A program made the translations under genes and the position numbers. A model generated the notes under the pieces. That model was not told the origin of the DNA and did no database searches. It saw only the letters and a program-made list of their open reading frames with translations. A DNA stretch of 64,000 bases. Source: Octopus sinensis. Lineage: Eukaryota. Each line of letters begins with the position of its first letter. Position 1 is the first letter of the stretch. The stretch spans positions 171,492,001 through 171,556,000 of the forward strand of contig NC_042997.1 in the NCBI RefSeq assembly GCF_006345805.1, written 5' to 3'. This document shows, piece by piece, positions 38,445 through 51,741 of this stretch.

Positions 38445-38640
38445 TCAAGAATTTGGACCTGGGGATCTTCATTTCCAGTGAGGCCAATTCCCAGTGGTGT
38501 CGGGCATCAACAAAGAGCCCTCGACTACAACAAGACGACCAAAGTTTTTTTTTCCCAAGGTTTGGGGTCTCCCGCCCCTAAGCCCTAGACCATCACCTAA
38601 CCACCCTTACCCGTCTTGTTGCTTAACAACAACAACAACG
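38445..38640 (+). mobile_element. Unclassified ~200-bp repeat (second copy)
   Basis: Homologous to 15820-16015. Confidence 0.7.
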
Positions 38641-38865
38641 ACACCAGCTTCAGCCACAACTACAATTTCGCTTGGCTTGACAGGTTTTACACGAGGCACA
38701 TCAATTCAGTGGCCCATAACTTATACAGTGTACTTTTTGTACACCTCACAAAATACATATTTTTCAACAACTTCCATCTGATTCTATGAGGCGACTCACA
38801 CAACACATAGTTTAAGAGACCATCATGCAATAGAATAGCACAATCCACACAACATGTATTCTACA

Positions 38866-39034
38866 CAATAGCATAGCTAGAAAAGTGCAGTCTTGCTCAG
38901 ATGACACTTTTATGGTGGTGGCACTTAGGTGTCTGCTCTATAAGCCAGTGTAGGCTTATAGAGCATAGGGGGCAGAGAAGATGGGGTGCAAACTTAAGGG
39001 CTTCCCTTGGCAACACACACCAGCTATGCCACTG
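38866..39034. mobile_element. hAT-type MITE with a perfect 8-bp TSD
   Basis: TSD ATTCTACA at 38858-38865 and 39035-39042; imperfect TIR CA(G/A)T(G/A)GCATAGCT. Confidence 0.8.
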
Positions 39035-39064
39035 ATTCTACATAGTCATCATATGACAATAACA

Positions 39065-39318
39065 CAGTGGTTCTTGACCGTTTTTTATCTAAGGAACTCT
39101 TCGATTCCATTTTTATTTTATAGGATCCCCCATAGCCATTTAATGTCAAAATAAAATCCTATTATATAGTTATAATTAAATATAAGCAATTATATAAAAA
39201 AAATTGTTTGAAATATTTTGTGCATTGTAGAAGTACATCCAATTTGTAGATCATAAATTTTAACAATAAAATCTTATGTGAACCCGAGGGCCATGAGAAC
39301 TCTGGTTGGGAACCACCG
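39065..39318. mobile_element. hAT-Charlie-like MITE
   Basis: TIRs CAGTGGTTCTTGACC / GGTTGGGAACCACCG; 8-bp flanks CAATAACA vs CTCTAACA (6/8). Confidence 0.65.
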
Positions 39319-39371
39319 CTCTAACACAACCCATACTCCATATAGTCTGCACACACACACACACATACACA

Positions 39372-39402
<31 letters not shown>

Positions 39403-40227
39403 CACCACCATCACTGCTACAGCTGTTGCCACTCCCATATCCAACAACAACACCACCACCAACAACAAATTTCTCAACTTGTATTAACATAATTGTTGAC
39501 TTGCCCATATGGGTATTTGTTAGTTGTTATTAAGTTTAGCTGCGTGTCATCCCATAATAAACCAGCTATGAACATTGTTGAAATAAAATTTTATTTTATT
39601 GAAGTAAATTATAATATTTACATAGTCACATCACAGTTTGCCAGGAGCATAATGTAGTGTACTAGAACTGAACTCAGTTATACTTAAATTACTAACAAAA
39701 GAGATTTGCTCTACATGAGAGGTGAGAACAATGCTTGTACATCCTAGTTGAAGCATTGCTTTTAACTCATGGCTGAACTTCAGCCCAGGGTAACTTGTCA
39801 AAGTAAAGATTTGTTGCTGGTGCTTCCAAAGTGCACCATTCTCTCAGAATTGTTTATGCACGCTGTGCTTGTATAACTAGAAAAGTGTGGGAATTCCTGG
39901 AACACTTAAAGAACATTCTCTAATATGGGGTGATATATTAGCAAGTTGATTGGTCAATAACCAAGACATGTCGACTGGCTTAAGTGTGGTCTGGGCCTAG
40001 TTATTAAAGTTTTGAGGTTTTGATTTTAGGCGGCCTTGCTACATAATCATGACTCACAGAACACATATTTTACAGATCAAACAGATAAAACCTTAAAATA
40101 ATACTAGAAACAACAAAACAAGCCTTACAAAAAGGAAAAGCTGGAGTAACATGCAAATGCCATCCTACACTCCCAAGTGACAGTACAGTACATTCAGTGA
40201 TGGAACCAATATTTAAAGCAATTTTAA

Positions 40228-40675
40228 CTCTTTGGTGTTTAAACCAACCATATCTGGCCCAAATATCCCAGCTGTTTTATGGTCAAACTGGCCAGATCCG
40301 GTTTCTCACATCTGCCCTACAGTGTCATTCTAAAGACAAGCAATCACTTTAATGAAATCTCAAAGCTGCAAGACAATGCATGATTAATCCTTTCTACTAC
40401 AGGCAAGGCCTTAAATTTGGTGGGGAGGGGCTAGTCGATTATATCAACCCCAGTATGCAACTGGTACTTAGGTCATCAATCCTGAAAGGATGAAAGGCAA
40501 AGTTGACCTTGGTGGAATTTAAATTCAGAACATAAAGATAGACAAAATGCTTAGCAGCATTTCACCCGACATGCTAACAGTTCTGCCAGCTTGCTGCTTT
40601 TTAATGCATGGTTAATTCAAAACAATACGAATACAAAAGCATTACATTTGACAGAGTAATCTGAATAGTAAAGGG
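40228..40675. mobile_element. piggyBac-like MITE interrupted by SINE B (40389-40602)
   Basis: TTAA flanks at 40224-40227 and 40676-40679; ends CTCTTT / AAAGGG; SINE TSD AATGCATG(A/G)TTAAT at 40375-40388 and 40603-40616; partial inverted copy at 22070-22255. Confidence 0.75.
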
Positions 40676-40781
40676 TTAAGGTGGTGAGTTGGCAGAATCA
40701 TTAGCATGCCAGGCAAAATTTGAAATCGATATTTAAAGCATGTAGCCCTCAGGATAATTTTTTTGAAGAAAGAGCATTGTA

Positions 40782-41336
40782 CAGGGTCAGGCAAAATGAT
40801 CTGACACATTTGTAGGTTAAATAAAAGGCAAATGAAGTAAAGAAACAAAAAAGTGTTTTTATTTTTGAAAAGTACATATAATGCCATTTTGTTTCATTAT
40901 GTTTTAAAAATGAAATCAGTCAAATGGGATCCATTATTGTCCACACACTGTCGAAGGCGTTCACGAAAGTTGTCAATAACTCGGCGGGTCATTTCATGTG
41001 AAATGGCAGTAATTTCTTGACGAATTGCATCTTTAAGTTCTGGCGGTGCGAGGTCGGCCGGTTGATTTTCGTTTCAATGCAGATCCAGTAGCTCTGAAGT
41101 TGGTAACCCATAACAAGATCGTGTTTCGAGCTGGTACGGGATCATGTCTACCAAGATTGAAGTGCAAACGGAACGCTCTTTGTGTTGCAGTTACAGAATC
41201 GTTTGTTTTGATAAACGTTTCCACAATGAAAGCGCGATGCTCACCAGTCCAATTCATGGCAGCAACTGAAAAAGAAACGAAAAACAATGCCATTTATTTA
41301 ACCTACAAATGTGTCAGATCATTTTGCCTGACCCTG
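40782..41336 (-). mobile_element. Internally deleted Tc1/mariner-superfamily element
   Basis: Perfect 44-bp TIRs and TA TSD; N-terminal HTH (MNWTGEHRAFIVE..GRPRTART) joined out of frame to the C-terminus (ELKDAIRQEI..RLRQCVDNNGSHL). Confidence 0.9.
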
Positions 41337-41559
41337 TATATGCCATCAAATGTGTTATGTGTTTGCCAGCAACATGTTCTTCCATTGCTTGCTTTCTTCA
41401 AGCCATCCTCACAGTACCTGACAGGTGGATCACAGCAGCTTCTAATATATAAGTGATGCTTACATTCCAGTTCAACAAATGGCTTGAAGCCTAAGAAAAA
41501 TAAATCTTCTCATCAGGCTATTGGTCATTGCTTCAGTCCAGTCCAGTTGGCTCTAAGAT

Positions 41560-41714
41560 TGTCGGCTGTGTGGTAAGTAGCTTGCTTACAAACCACATGG
41601 TTCTGGGTTCAGTCCCACTGCATGGCAGCTTGGGCAAGTGTCTTCTACTATAGCCTTGGGCCGACCAAAGCCTTGTGAGTGGATTTGGTAGACGGAAACT
41701 GAAAGAAGCCCATC

Positions 41715-41756
<42 letters not shown>

Positions 41757-41980
41757 GTGTGTATATGTTTGTGTGTCTGTGTATGTACCCCAACATCGCT
41801 TAACAACCGATGCTGGTGTGCTTATGTCCCTGTAACTTAGCGGTTCAGCAAAAGAGGTCAATAGAATAAGTACTAGGCTTACAAAGAATAAGTCTTGGGG
41901 TCGATTTCCTCGACTAAAGGTGGTGCTCCAACATGGCCACAGTCACACGACTGAAACAAGTAAAAAAGTAAAAGAGTATA
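41560..41980 (+). mobile_element. SINE family A
   Basis: Full-length match. Confidence 0.88.
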
Positions 41981-42167
41981 CCAATGAACCCAAGGACCTT
42001 ATGATCATAATGTTTATAATGAAATGGAGCATGTGGTTTTATGTCCTGTTGCTAAATATGAAAACGTAATCTCTCATTAAGTCTGTCCATAACTGTGCTC
42101 AAAGTATAGATATGGAATTCAGCATTTAGAACTGAGTATATGAACAATAAATGAGAGTATACATGTT

Positions 42168-42213
<46 letters not shown>

Positions 42214-42899
42214 CCACCACCACCACTACCACCACCACCACCACAGCTGCTGCCGCCACTGCTGCCGCCACTGCTGCCGCCACTGCTGCCGCTGCCATCA
42301 CCACCACCACCACCACCACCACCATCATCATCATAATCATCATTTAATGACCATTTTCCATGCTGGTAGGTGTTGGACAGTTTGACTGGAGCTGCCAAGC
42401 CAGAAGAGTGCACCAAGATTCACTGTCTGTTTTGGTATGGTTTTTTTATGGCTGGATGCACTTCCTAGCACCAACAGCCTTGCATAGTTGACAAGAAATA
42501 AAAAAAATGTGTGTCTTTTTTTTTTGTAGACATAAAAATATATTTTGGGGAAATAAAATGAGAGAAGTTGTCGAGGAAGGTTAACTTGAAATTATAGAAT
42601 TACAATATATTGGAAATATATATTTGTAGAAAAGTTAAAACTTATTTAAAAGTAAAAACTTAATAACTTATTCTGACTTGATTATTTTATATTGCAGTGT
42701 GTAATCAAGAGTATCATTGGTTACAGGTGTCTGGCTTGCTAACCACTGGTTCATAATGTTTTTAATAGTCTGGGTAAAAGCACTATAGTTAAACACACTG
42801 CAGGACAAATACTCCAAAAGGTTTTGTTTGAAAGACGGTACATGTTTGGTTTCCTCAACTTTGTTTACATACCTTTCTGATACATCAGTGAAATAGACA

Positions 42900-42905
42900 T
42901 GCATG

Positions 42906-42937
<32 letters not shown>

Positions 42938-43520
42938 TACATATATATACACACACACATGCATACACATGCATGCACACACTGACACACAAGCACACAC
43001 AGACACACATGCACACACACATGTACACACATACAGACACACACACACACACACACACACACATGCACACACACATGCATACACATGCACACACATACAC
43101 ATACATACACACACCACACACATACATATATATACACACACACATGCATACACATGCATGCACACACTGACACACAAGCACACACAGACACACATGCACA
43201 CACACACACATACACACACACACACACACCACACACACACACACACACACTCACACACACATGCACACGCACATGCATACACATGCACACACATACACAT
43301 ACATGCATGCACACACTGACACACAAGCACACATAGACACACATGCACACACACACTCACACATCTGCACACACAGAGACACACATACACACATGCAAAC
43401 ACATACGCATGCACAACACACATACACACACACACACACACACAAAATCACACATGTGCACACACACTCACACACACATGCACACACACACACACACACA
43501 CACAATCATACATGTGCACA
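42900..43520. repeat. (CA)-rich low-complexity tract
   Basis: Direct inspection. Confidence 0.92.
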
Positions 43521-43826
43521 CACAGACGATCATTATGACAGGGTCCTGCACATATGCCATTAACAAAGTCAACCAAAGCAGAACTAAGCATACTAACAAC
43601 TTTATTGATTGCTGGGAATTTGCAGTCATGCAATGCAGGGCAGCAGCTGTTATTAATTGGACAATTGCCAGTCTCAATATGTTTGATAAGTCTACAAGTA
43701 GTATAATAGTAAAATATGGTAGCCTCAACCCACAATTCAATGTGATATGTCTTTATAAGGCCAGACATACTTGGAGACAGGTGTTAGACATCATCACCAT
43801 CATCATCGTCATCACCATCATCATCA

Positions 43827-43898
<72 letters not shown>

Positions 43899-43910
43899 CC
43901 ATCATCGTCG

Positions 43911-43948
<38 letters not shown>

Positions 43949-43982
43949 GTTGTCTAACATCCATGTTCTCTCTCCCTCCCTC

Positions 43983-44462
43983 TCTGGCCAGGTAACCATA
44001 TACTTCCTCTAAGGCATGATACCTATTCCTGTCTCTCTGCCACACTTTAACCATTCATCGTCTGACACAAAATCACCTCCTCCAATTCCCCCTCCTGTCT
44101 CAATGGATCTTTGTCTCTCAAAGGATCTTTGTCTTGCAAGTTACTCAGTGACCCTGCCACGTAAAAAAGCATCCCGTCCACACTGTAAAGTGGTTGATAT
44201 CTGGAAGAGCATCCAGCTGATATCTGGAAGAGCATCCAGCTGATATCTGGAACAGCATACTAAAACTGACCTCGCCTGTGCTCATGCCACATAAAAAAGC
44301 ACTCAGTCCGCGCTTCTGGGTGGTTGGTGTTAGGAAGGGAATCCAGTCATAAAAACCATGCCAAAACAGATACAGATTTCTGGTGTAGTCTTCTGCCTGG
44401 CCAGCTCCTGTCAAATCGTCCAACCCATGCCAGCATGGAAGGAGGACATTAAACGATGATGA
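43983..44462 (+). mobile_element. Family E copy
   Basis: RTE-type tail; local tandem duplication GATATCTGGAAGAGCATCCAGCT at ~44207-44265. Confidence 0.75.
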
Positions 44463-44464
44463 TG

Positions 44465-44840
44465 AAATTTTGGGGGAGGGGGTTAGTCGATTAGATCAAT
44501 CCCAATACATAACTGGTACTTAATTCATCGACCCCAAAAGGATGAAAGGCAGAGTCAACCTCAGCGGGATTTGAACTTGGAAAGTAAAGACAGACGAAAT
44601 ACTGCTAAGCATTTTGCCTGGCATGCTAACGTTTCTGCCAGCTTGCCACCTTTAAATATTCTTTTCTACTCTAGGCACAAGAGATCGACCCCACTATGTA
44701 ACTGGTATTTAATTTATCGACCCTGAAAGGATGAAAGGCAAGGTTGACCTCAGTAGAATTTGAACTCAGAACGTAAAGAGAGCCGAAATACCACTAAGCA
44801 TTTCACCCGGCATGCTAACGTCTCTGCCAGCCCACCGCCT
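44465..44840 (-). mobile_element. Two tandem SINE B copies
   Basis: Family head and core present twice. Confidence 0.85.
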
Positions 44841-44939
44841 TACAGTGAAGAAATATTGCTTAAGCACAGAGCATCTGCTGCTGTTTTAAATAAGAATAAT
44901 ACTTAAAAAAAAAAAAAATTGAACAGGATAATAAGCATA

Positions 44940-45375
44940 GGTGCAGACATGGCTGTTTGGTAAGAAATTTTCTTCCCTACTACATACTTCCAGGTTCAGT
45001 CCCACTGTGTGGCACTTTGGGCAAGTGTCTTTTTCTATAGTCTTGGGCCAATCAAAGCCTTGTGAGTGGATTTGGTAGATGGAAACCAAAAGAAGCCCGT
45101 CATTTATATATGTATGTATGTATGTAGGTATGTATGTATGTATGTATGTATTTATGTATGTATGCATGTATGTATGTGTGTGTACCTTTGTATCTGAGTT
45201 TGTCCCCCACCACTGCATTACAACTGGTATTGGTTTGTTTTCGTCCACTGTAACTTAGTGGTTCAGCAAAGAGACTGATAGAATAAGTACTGGGATTGTT
45301 TTATTCAATTACAAAAAAAAAAAATCTAAGGTGATGCCCCAGTATGGTACAGTCTAATGATTGAATCATATAAAA
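44940..45375 (+). mobile_element. SINE family A (diverged)
   Basis: Head, (TATG)n and tail. Confidence 0.8.
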
Positions 45376-45512
45376 GAGATAAAAAAGAAAAAAGAGAAAA
45401 AAGTGCAATATTGAATAAAAAAAACAAAAAATATAGAATAAAAAGTATAGAAAAAAACATGCAAAAACATTCCACTATATTGAGAGTTTGAGTGACACAC
45501 AAAGGATCTTAA

Positions 45513-45757
45513 CCCATTAATGCCCAAAATAAAAAAAAATTTGAATTTTTTGTTACATTCACATACATTGTATACATTTATGTATTTTAGAAGTTCACAA
45601 CAAAATTTTGTGAATATTACAATATTGCTAGATAAATTATTATTCTTTATCTTCAGAAAGATTTTTGATGCTTAAATTTATGAAATTATTTTATATGAAT
45701 ATTTTTGTCTGAAACAAAAAAATGTGTATGATAAGTCATGCCCTGAGCATTAATGGG
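45513..45757. mobile_element. piggyBac-type MITE
   Basis: TTAA|CCCATTAATGC ... GCATTAATGGG|TTAA: perfect 11-bp TIR and TTAA TSD. Confidence 0.85.
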
Positions 45758-46024
45758 TTAAAATGATGCAATTTTGGAGTTGATTTTTCAAAGAAGAGCT
45801 GATGATAGAAATAGAAAGCCACTGAGTTACTGTCCACATTAAGTACTAAATACAAAATCAGAGAATGAAGCATATGACAACTTTGAGATCTTTCACCAGT
45901 GTTGCTATTCAAAAAAAGGAGATGGAAAACGTACTCCACTTAGTCACTAGCTGAAAAATTCTTGATCAGAAGGAGAATGACAAATTCCAGTGCCAAGACA
46001 TAACACTTTATTTCTATTGGAATC

Positions 46025-46636
46025 TCTCTCTTTACTCTTTACTCTTTTACTTGTTTCAGTCATGTGACTGTGGCCATGCTGGAGCACTGCCTTTAGTCAA
46101 GCAAATCGATCCCAGGACATATTCTTTGTAAGCCTAGTACTTATTGTATTCTCTTTTGCCGAACCACTAAGTTACGGGGACGTAAACATAAATGCACAAA
46201 CACATACACACACACATCATCATCATCATCATCGTTTAACGTCCGCTTTCCATGCTAGCATGGGTTGGACGGTTCAACTGGGGCCTGGGAAGCCAGAAGG
46301 CTGCACCAGGCCCAGTCTGATCTGGCAGTGTTTCTACAGCTGGATGCCCTTCCTAACGCCAACCACTCCGTGAGTGTAGTGGGTGGTTTTTACGTGCCAC
46401 CGGCACAGGTGCCAGATGAGGCTGGCAAACGGCCACGATTGGATGGTGCTTTTTATGTGCCACCCATACATACATATATACGACGGGCTTCTTTCAGTTT
46501 CCATCTACCAAATCCACTCACAAGGCTTTGGTTGGCTCGAGGCTATAGTGGAAGTCACTTGCTCAAGGTGCCACACAGTGGGACCGAACCCGGAACCATG
46601 TGGTTGGTAAGCTAGCTACTTACCACACAGCCACTT
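46025..46636 (-). mobile_element. SINE A with an RTE 3' fragment (46215-46465) nested in its central microsatellite
   Basis: SINE tail at 46025-46200, head at 46470-46636; RTE palindrome at 46250-46263. Confidence 0.85.
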
Positions 46637-46714
46637 CTGTTGAAAATATGGATTTAAAATATCTGCAAATGTTGGTACCAGCATAAGAACTGCAGGCCAC
46701 AATAAAACAACTGA

Positions 46715-46930
46715 GAAGGAGTCTTATAGAACTTTAAACACCCAAACAGATTGGGTCATTGAATACAGATGATCTGATGTTGTCAATAAAGAAAACAAAT
46801 ATTTATAACTGAGATTGTTGTTCTATCTAGAAATCAAAATATTATACAAATTAGATATAAAAAACTTGATAAGTACTCACAAATTTGGTTAGAGCTCTCA
46901 AAAACGTGGATAAGGAGAAAGAACTTCCAT
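46715..46930 (+). mobile_element. Very degenerate Dong/R4 RLE fragment
   Basis: TDWVIEYR*SDV..K.DKY pattern. Confidence 0.45.
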
Positions 46931-47217
46931 TCTACTTCATGGAACTACAAATGAAAATAAACATTATTGCAATGCAAAGTAATAACAAAACAAAGTGAAG
47001 CTAAGGAAAAAAGAAAAGAAAGAAAAGTAAAACAACTGCATTGCTTAGAACTGATAATATTGAAAGAAAATTATTTTGTGCCTGAAGTGTCTGAATAAGA
47101 AGAGTTATTATTTTCATTTTACAGTAAATACCTATGCAGTAAGTATAAATAGAGGGGGTGGAGAAGCAAAATAAGAAAAAAAACAGCAACACCACCACCA
47201 TCACCACCAATAATAAT

Positions 47218-47424
47218 AATCCTTTCTACAGGGCCTGGAATTTGGGGAAAGGGGATAGTCAATTACATTGACCCAGTACTTGATTGGTATTTATTTTATT
47301 GACCCCCAAAATGATGAAAGGCAAAGTTGACCTTGGCGGAATTTGAACTCAGAATGTAGCGGCAGACGAAATATTGTTAAGCATTTCGCCTGGCATGCTA
47401 ATGATTCTGCCAGCTCACCACCTT
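47218..47424 (-). mobile_element. SINE B (tail ii)
   Basis: Family match; (ATT)n tail on the element strand. Confidence 0.85.
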
Positions 47425-47573
47425 TAATAATAATAAACAATAACAACAACAACAACAAAATAATAATAAGCAGTAGACAAGTGTCACCTTAGTCTGCTGG
47501 CTGTAGACATCTGACACTTTCCATCATACCCAGCAAAATAAACTGAGTTTTCTTGACATAATAACGATGATGA

Positions 47574-47607
<34 letters not shown>

Positions 47608-47819
47608 GATGATTATGATGATGGTGATGGTGATGGTGGTCGTGGTCGTGGTCGTGGTCGTGGTGGTCGTGGTGATGGTGAGGATGATGATGATGATGAT
47701 ATATAGTTGATGTTGCATGCCCCTTTGACCCACGAATAGTCAAGAAGATAGATAAATGCAGCCCTTTTAAGTACGAAATAGCCCGACTATGGAAAATGAA
47801 GAAGGTGAAGATAGTGCCA

Positions 47820-48040
47820 ATTATTGTTGGGTCATTGGGAACAGTATCAGAAGATCAAGGGGAATATAAAGGAAAGTAGAACTGTTACAAAAGGTTTGCC
47901 TCTTTGGCACAGCCAGAATAATCAGAAAAGTATTAGATAGCTGAAAAGAACGGAGAGCATGGTACAGTAGGCTGCAGGCAGTAAACCTGCTATGCATACA
48001 AGACTCCAAGAACCCCAACAAAACCTGTGATAAAGAGAAA
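47820..48040 (+). mobile_element. Dong/R4 3' end (lineage C)
   Basis: IIVGSLGTV..LQKVCLFGTARIIRKVLDS* plus UTR ending CCTGTGATAAAGAGA-AATAAT. Confidence 0.75.
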
Positions 48041-48044
48041 TAAT

Positions 48045-49626
48045 AATTGCATCGAAGCCATTGACACTTTGGCACTTCCAGTTGTCCAATACAATTTTAA
48101 CATCATTAACTGGAGACTTACAGAGCTCCAACACCTGGACAAGAAGACAAAGAAACTATTAACATCTAAAAACATGCACCACCCAAAAGCAGACATTGAT
48201 TGTCTGTACCTACCTAAAAGTAATATGGGAAGAAGAATGATGCAGGTGGAACTGTGCTACAAAATCTCTACAATAGCAATGAACAAGTACTTATCTAGTA
48301 CAGAGGAATGAATGCTGCTGCTTGTGTGCAAGCACAAAAGAAGCAAAAATATTACATTCTATTGTCAAGAAGGCTTGCAAATTCACAAAGGAACTTGGCA
48401 TTAATCTTGATTTAGATGAAGAACCTGAAACCAATGCCATGAAAAAAGCAAAATGGATCAAGTGGACTGCAAAAAAGAATGGGCAGAAACAAATTGAGGA
48501 GCAGTGGAGCCAGAAGCCTCTGCATGGACAGTATATATTTCAAAGTTGAAATGTGGATGTAGACTGAGCAACAGCTCATCAGTGGCTGAGAAGCTCAGGA
48601 CTGAAAACTGAGACTGAAATTTCATTTTGGTGGCACAAAATCAAAGCTTGCTTACCAAAAACTACCAGGCTAACATTCTTCAAAATGGTTCTGACTCTAA
48701 ATGCAGATTCTGTGATACATTTGATGAAACAATAGATCATCTTGTCTCAGGATGTGCTGTGCTTTCACTAAACAAATGCAAAATTTATTTCTTTATTGCC
48801 CACAGGGGGGCTAAACACAGAGGGAACAAACAAGGACAGACAAAGCGATTAAGTCGATGACATCGACCCAGTGCGTCACTGGTACTTTATTTATCGACCC
48901 CGAAAGGATGAAAGGCAAAGTCGACCTCGGCGGAATTTGAACTCAGAACGTAACGGCAAACGAAATACGGCTACGCATTTTGCCAGCGTGCTAACGTTTC
49001 TGCCAGCTCGCCGGCAAAATTGCCACAATAGGGTAGGACAGTATTTACATTGGAAAATATGTAAATGCTACAAAGTCAGCACTCCTACATACTGGTATGA
49101 ACATTATCCTGAGCCAGTTGTTGAAGGCAAAAATGTCTCTATCCTCTGGGATTTTCCAGTCAACACCAACAGAATGATCCAGGCTAATTGACCAGACATA
49201 ATTATTAAAGACAGGGAAGAAAATATTTGTAGACTAATAGATGTAAGTGTTCCCACTGATAAAAATATATCTATAAAAGAATTTAACAAATTAAGTAAAT
49301 ATAAGGACCTGGAAACTGAAATACAAAAGATGCGGCATCTTAAAGTGAGAACTGATCCTGTTATTATGGGTGTCCTAGGTATGATAAGAAAGGGATGTCA
49401 GAAACATCTAGATAATATTCCAGGAGAACCATGTCTCAGAGAAATCCAAAAGATTGTGCTGATAAGTACTACCGGCATCCTTAGAAAAACACTATCAATT
49501 CAAATGTACGTGTTGTATTACATGAAGATATTTCACTACTGCCCTTGCCACTTCCACTCCCCAGGCTTTCAGTTATACTGGTTGTATCTCAGTGAGTGAT
49601 TGTAACAAACATGCAAATTAAAAGTA
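48045..49626 (+). mobile_element. Dong/R4 lineage B 3' fragment, interrupted by SINE B
   Basis: HPKADIDCLYLP, QKPLHGQY, CRFCDTFDETIDHLVSGC, RLE motifs; ends at (AAT)n; SINE at 48786-49013 with TSD GCAAAATT (48778-48785, 49014-49021). Confidence 0.9.
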
Positions 49627-49636
49627 AATAATAATG

Positions 49637-49685
<49 letters not shown>

Positions 49686-49727
49686 TAATAATAATAATGA
49701 TGATGATGATGATGATGATGATAATTA

Positions 49728-49804
49728 GGGATGTTATCTTAGTTCACAGGTAGTGAACAGCTGACACCATAGTATATCTTCAGCACTAGAAGCTGTGCAA
49801 AGAC
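49728..49804 (+). mobile_element. Isolated Dong lineage A 3' terminus within (AAT)n
   Basis: Matches 32829-32900. Confidence 0.8.
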
Positions 49805-49860
<56 letters not shown>

Positions 49861-49867
49861 TAATAAT

Positions 49868-50040
49868 AATCCTTTCTACTAAAGGTACAAAGTCTGAAAT
49901 TTTGGGAGAGGGGACTAGTCAATTACATCAACCCCAGTGTTTACTGGTACTTAATTTATCGACCCTGAAAGTATGAAAGGTAAAGTCAACCTTGCTGTGA
50001 AGCTTTTTGCCTGGTGTGTTAACAATTCTGCTAGCTTGCC
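49868..50040 (-). mobile_element. SINE B (tail ii)
   Basis: Family match. Confidence 0.8.
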
Positions 50041-50423
50041 ATCTTAAATGATAATAATCTATATAATAATCTGCTTGTTCATTTGCCCATGATATATCAG
50101 TTCATTAGAGAGATGGAGGTAGAGTGAGTGAGAGGCGGAGTAAAATTGAGAGAGGGAAGGAGGAGTGAAAAAAACTTGAAAGGAATAATATTAATACACT
50201 TTGGCAAATGTGTCACATGGTTAGCTGGAACGAAGAACAAGAGAAAAAAGACAGTGAGAGAAAAGAGGGAGAGAGAAGTGTTAACAATGTGCTGTAGGGT
50301 TGGGAGGGAAAGGTAAAGAGAAAGAGATATGTTTAGGATACAATATTTAGCAGAGGGTGAAGTTTTAATGGTGAGGTTAAAGAAAGGCAGAAAGAGAGAT
50401 GGATAGAGGAGGCAGTTACATTA

Positions 50424-50514
<91 letters not shown>
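50424..50514. repeat. (GA)n microsatellite
   Basis: Direct inspection. Confidence 0.95.
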
Positions 50515-50517
<3 letters not shown>

Positions 50518-51403
50518 CGTTTAGATATAAACAAACAGTTGAACTGAAATGAGCTTTGTCACAGAAAACTGTAATGATGATGGTGGTTGTCATCATTGTG
50601 TGTTGATAATGAAAAGTATTTTTTTAATTGAACTAAATCTCCAATATTCTTCTTCTCCCTGTTCATTCATGTTTTACACTTTAGCTTGTCAGAGAGGAGG
50701 AGGAAGAGGAAGAGGAAGTGAGAAGAAGTAGGAACGTGAGAATGAGTGAGGGAGGAGATTGTCAGCCAATGCATTATGCTGTAACTCATGTGTTTAGTGA
50801 AAGTGAGAGATGAAGAGAAAGAGAAATGTTAAAGGCATGAAGAGGGGAATTACATGGTTAAAAAGTTTGCTGAAGAGGTTGACAGAAAGAGCGAAGTATA
50901 AAGTGCTAAGCAGAAGGAAATTTTAAAAATCATAGAATATATCATGGTGACTGGAAGTGAAACAACTTAGCAAAATAAAAATAAAAATGTTATATTGAGT
51001 GAATGGGAGGGTTACATTTTCTTGATCATTGAAATGCATCAGTTTGTGAAGTCTGTCTGAAATTTGATCTACCATCCAGAATTTATCTTTTTTTTTTTTA
51101 TTTTTGTTTATCAGTTACTAGTTTCAACCACCGGACTGTGATCATGCAGGGGCAACATCTAGAAAAGTTTAGTTAAACAAACTGATCCCAATTCTTACCA
51201 ATTTTTTTTTTTTTATTCAAAGTCTGGTACTTATTCTATCAGTCTCTTTTGCAGAACTGCTAAGTTGCAGGGATGGCAAGAAACCAACATTGGTTGTCAA
51301 ATAGTTAAGTGGGGACTAACACAAACACAAAAGCACACACATGCGCGCACACACACACACACATGCACATGCACACACACACACACACACCACACACACA
51401 CAC

Positions 51404-51453
<50 letters not shown>

Positions 51454-51741
51454 AACTGAATTTTCTACTCATGATGCTGAGTAATATGGTCATCCTCTCA
51501 GTACCTTTATGAGAAATAATTCTAGAATTCTTTGTGGTTTTGTGGAATCCTGAAAATTTGTATGTTATTGTGATCCCTCCCGACCACAACTGTTAATCTG
51601 TCTTGACCACCTGCTTGTATTATAATACAAAGGTATCAAGTAACCAGGATTTCATATCATCACCATTACCCCTGACAGTGACCATTGTGCTTCTCCTTAC
51701 CAAATACAGCTGAACCAACTTATGGGTAGGTGTATCATGTA

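Noticed and set aside
39570-39610. Minus-strand AATAAA pair suggesting a gene 3' end
   Set aside because: The hexamer is common in DNA this AT-rich, and no terminal exon with a convincing acceptor was found.
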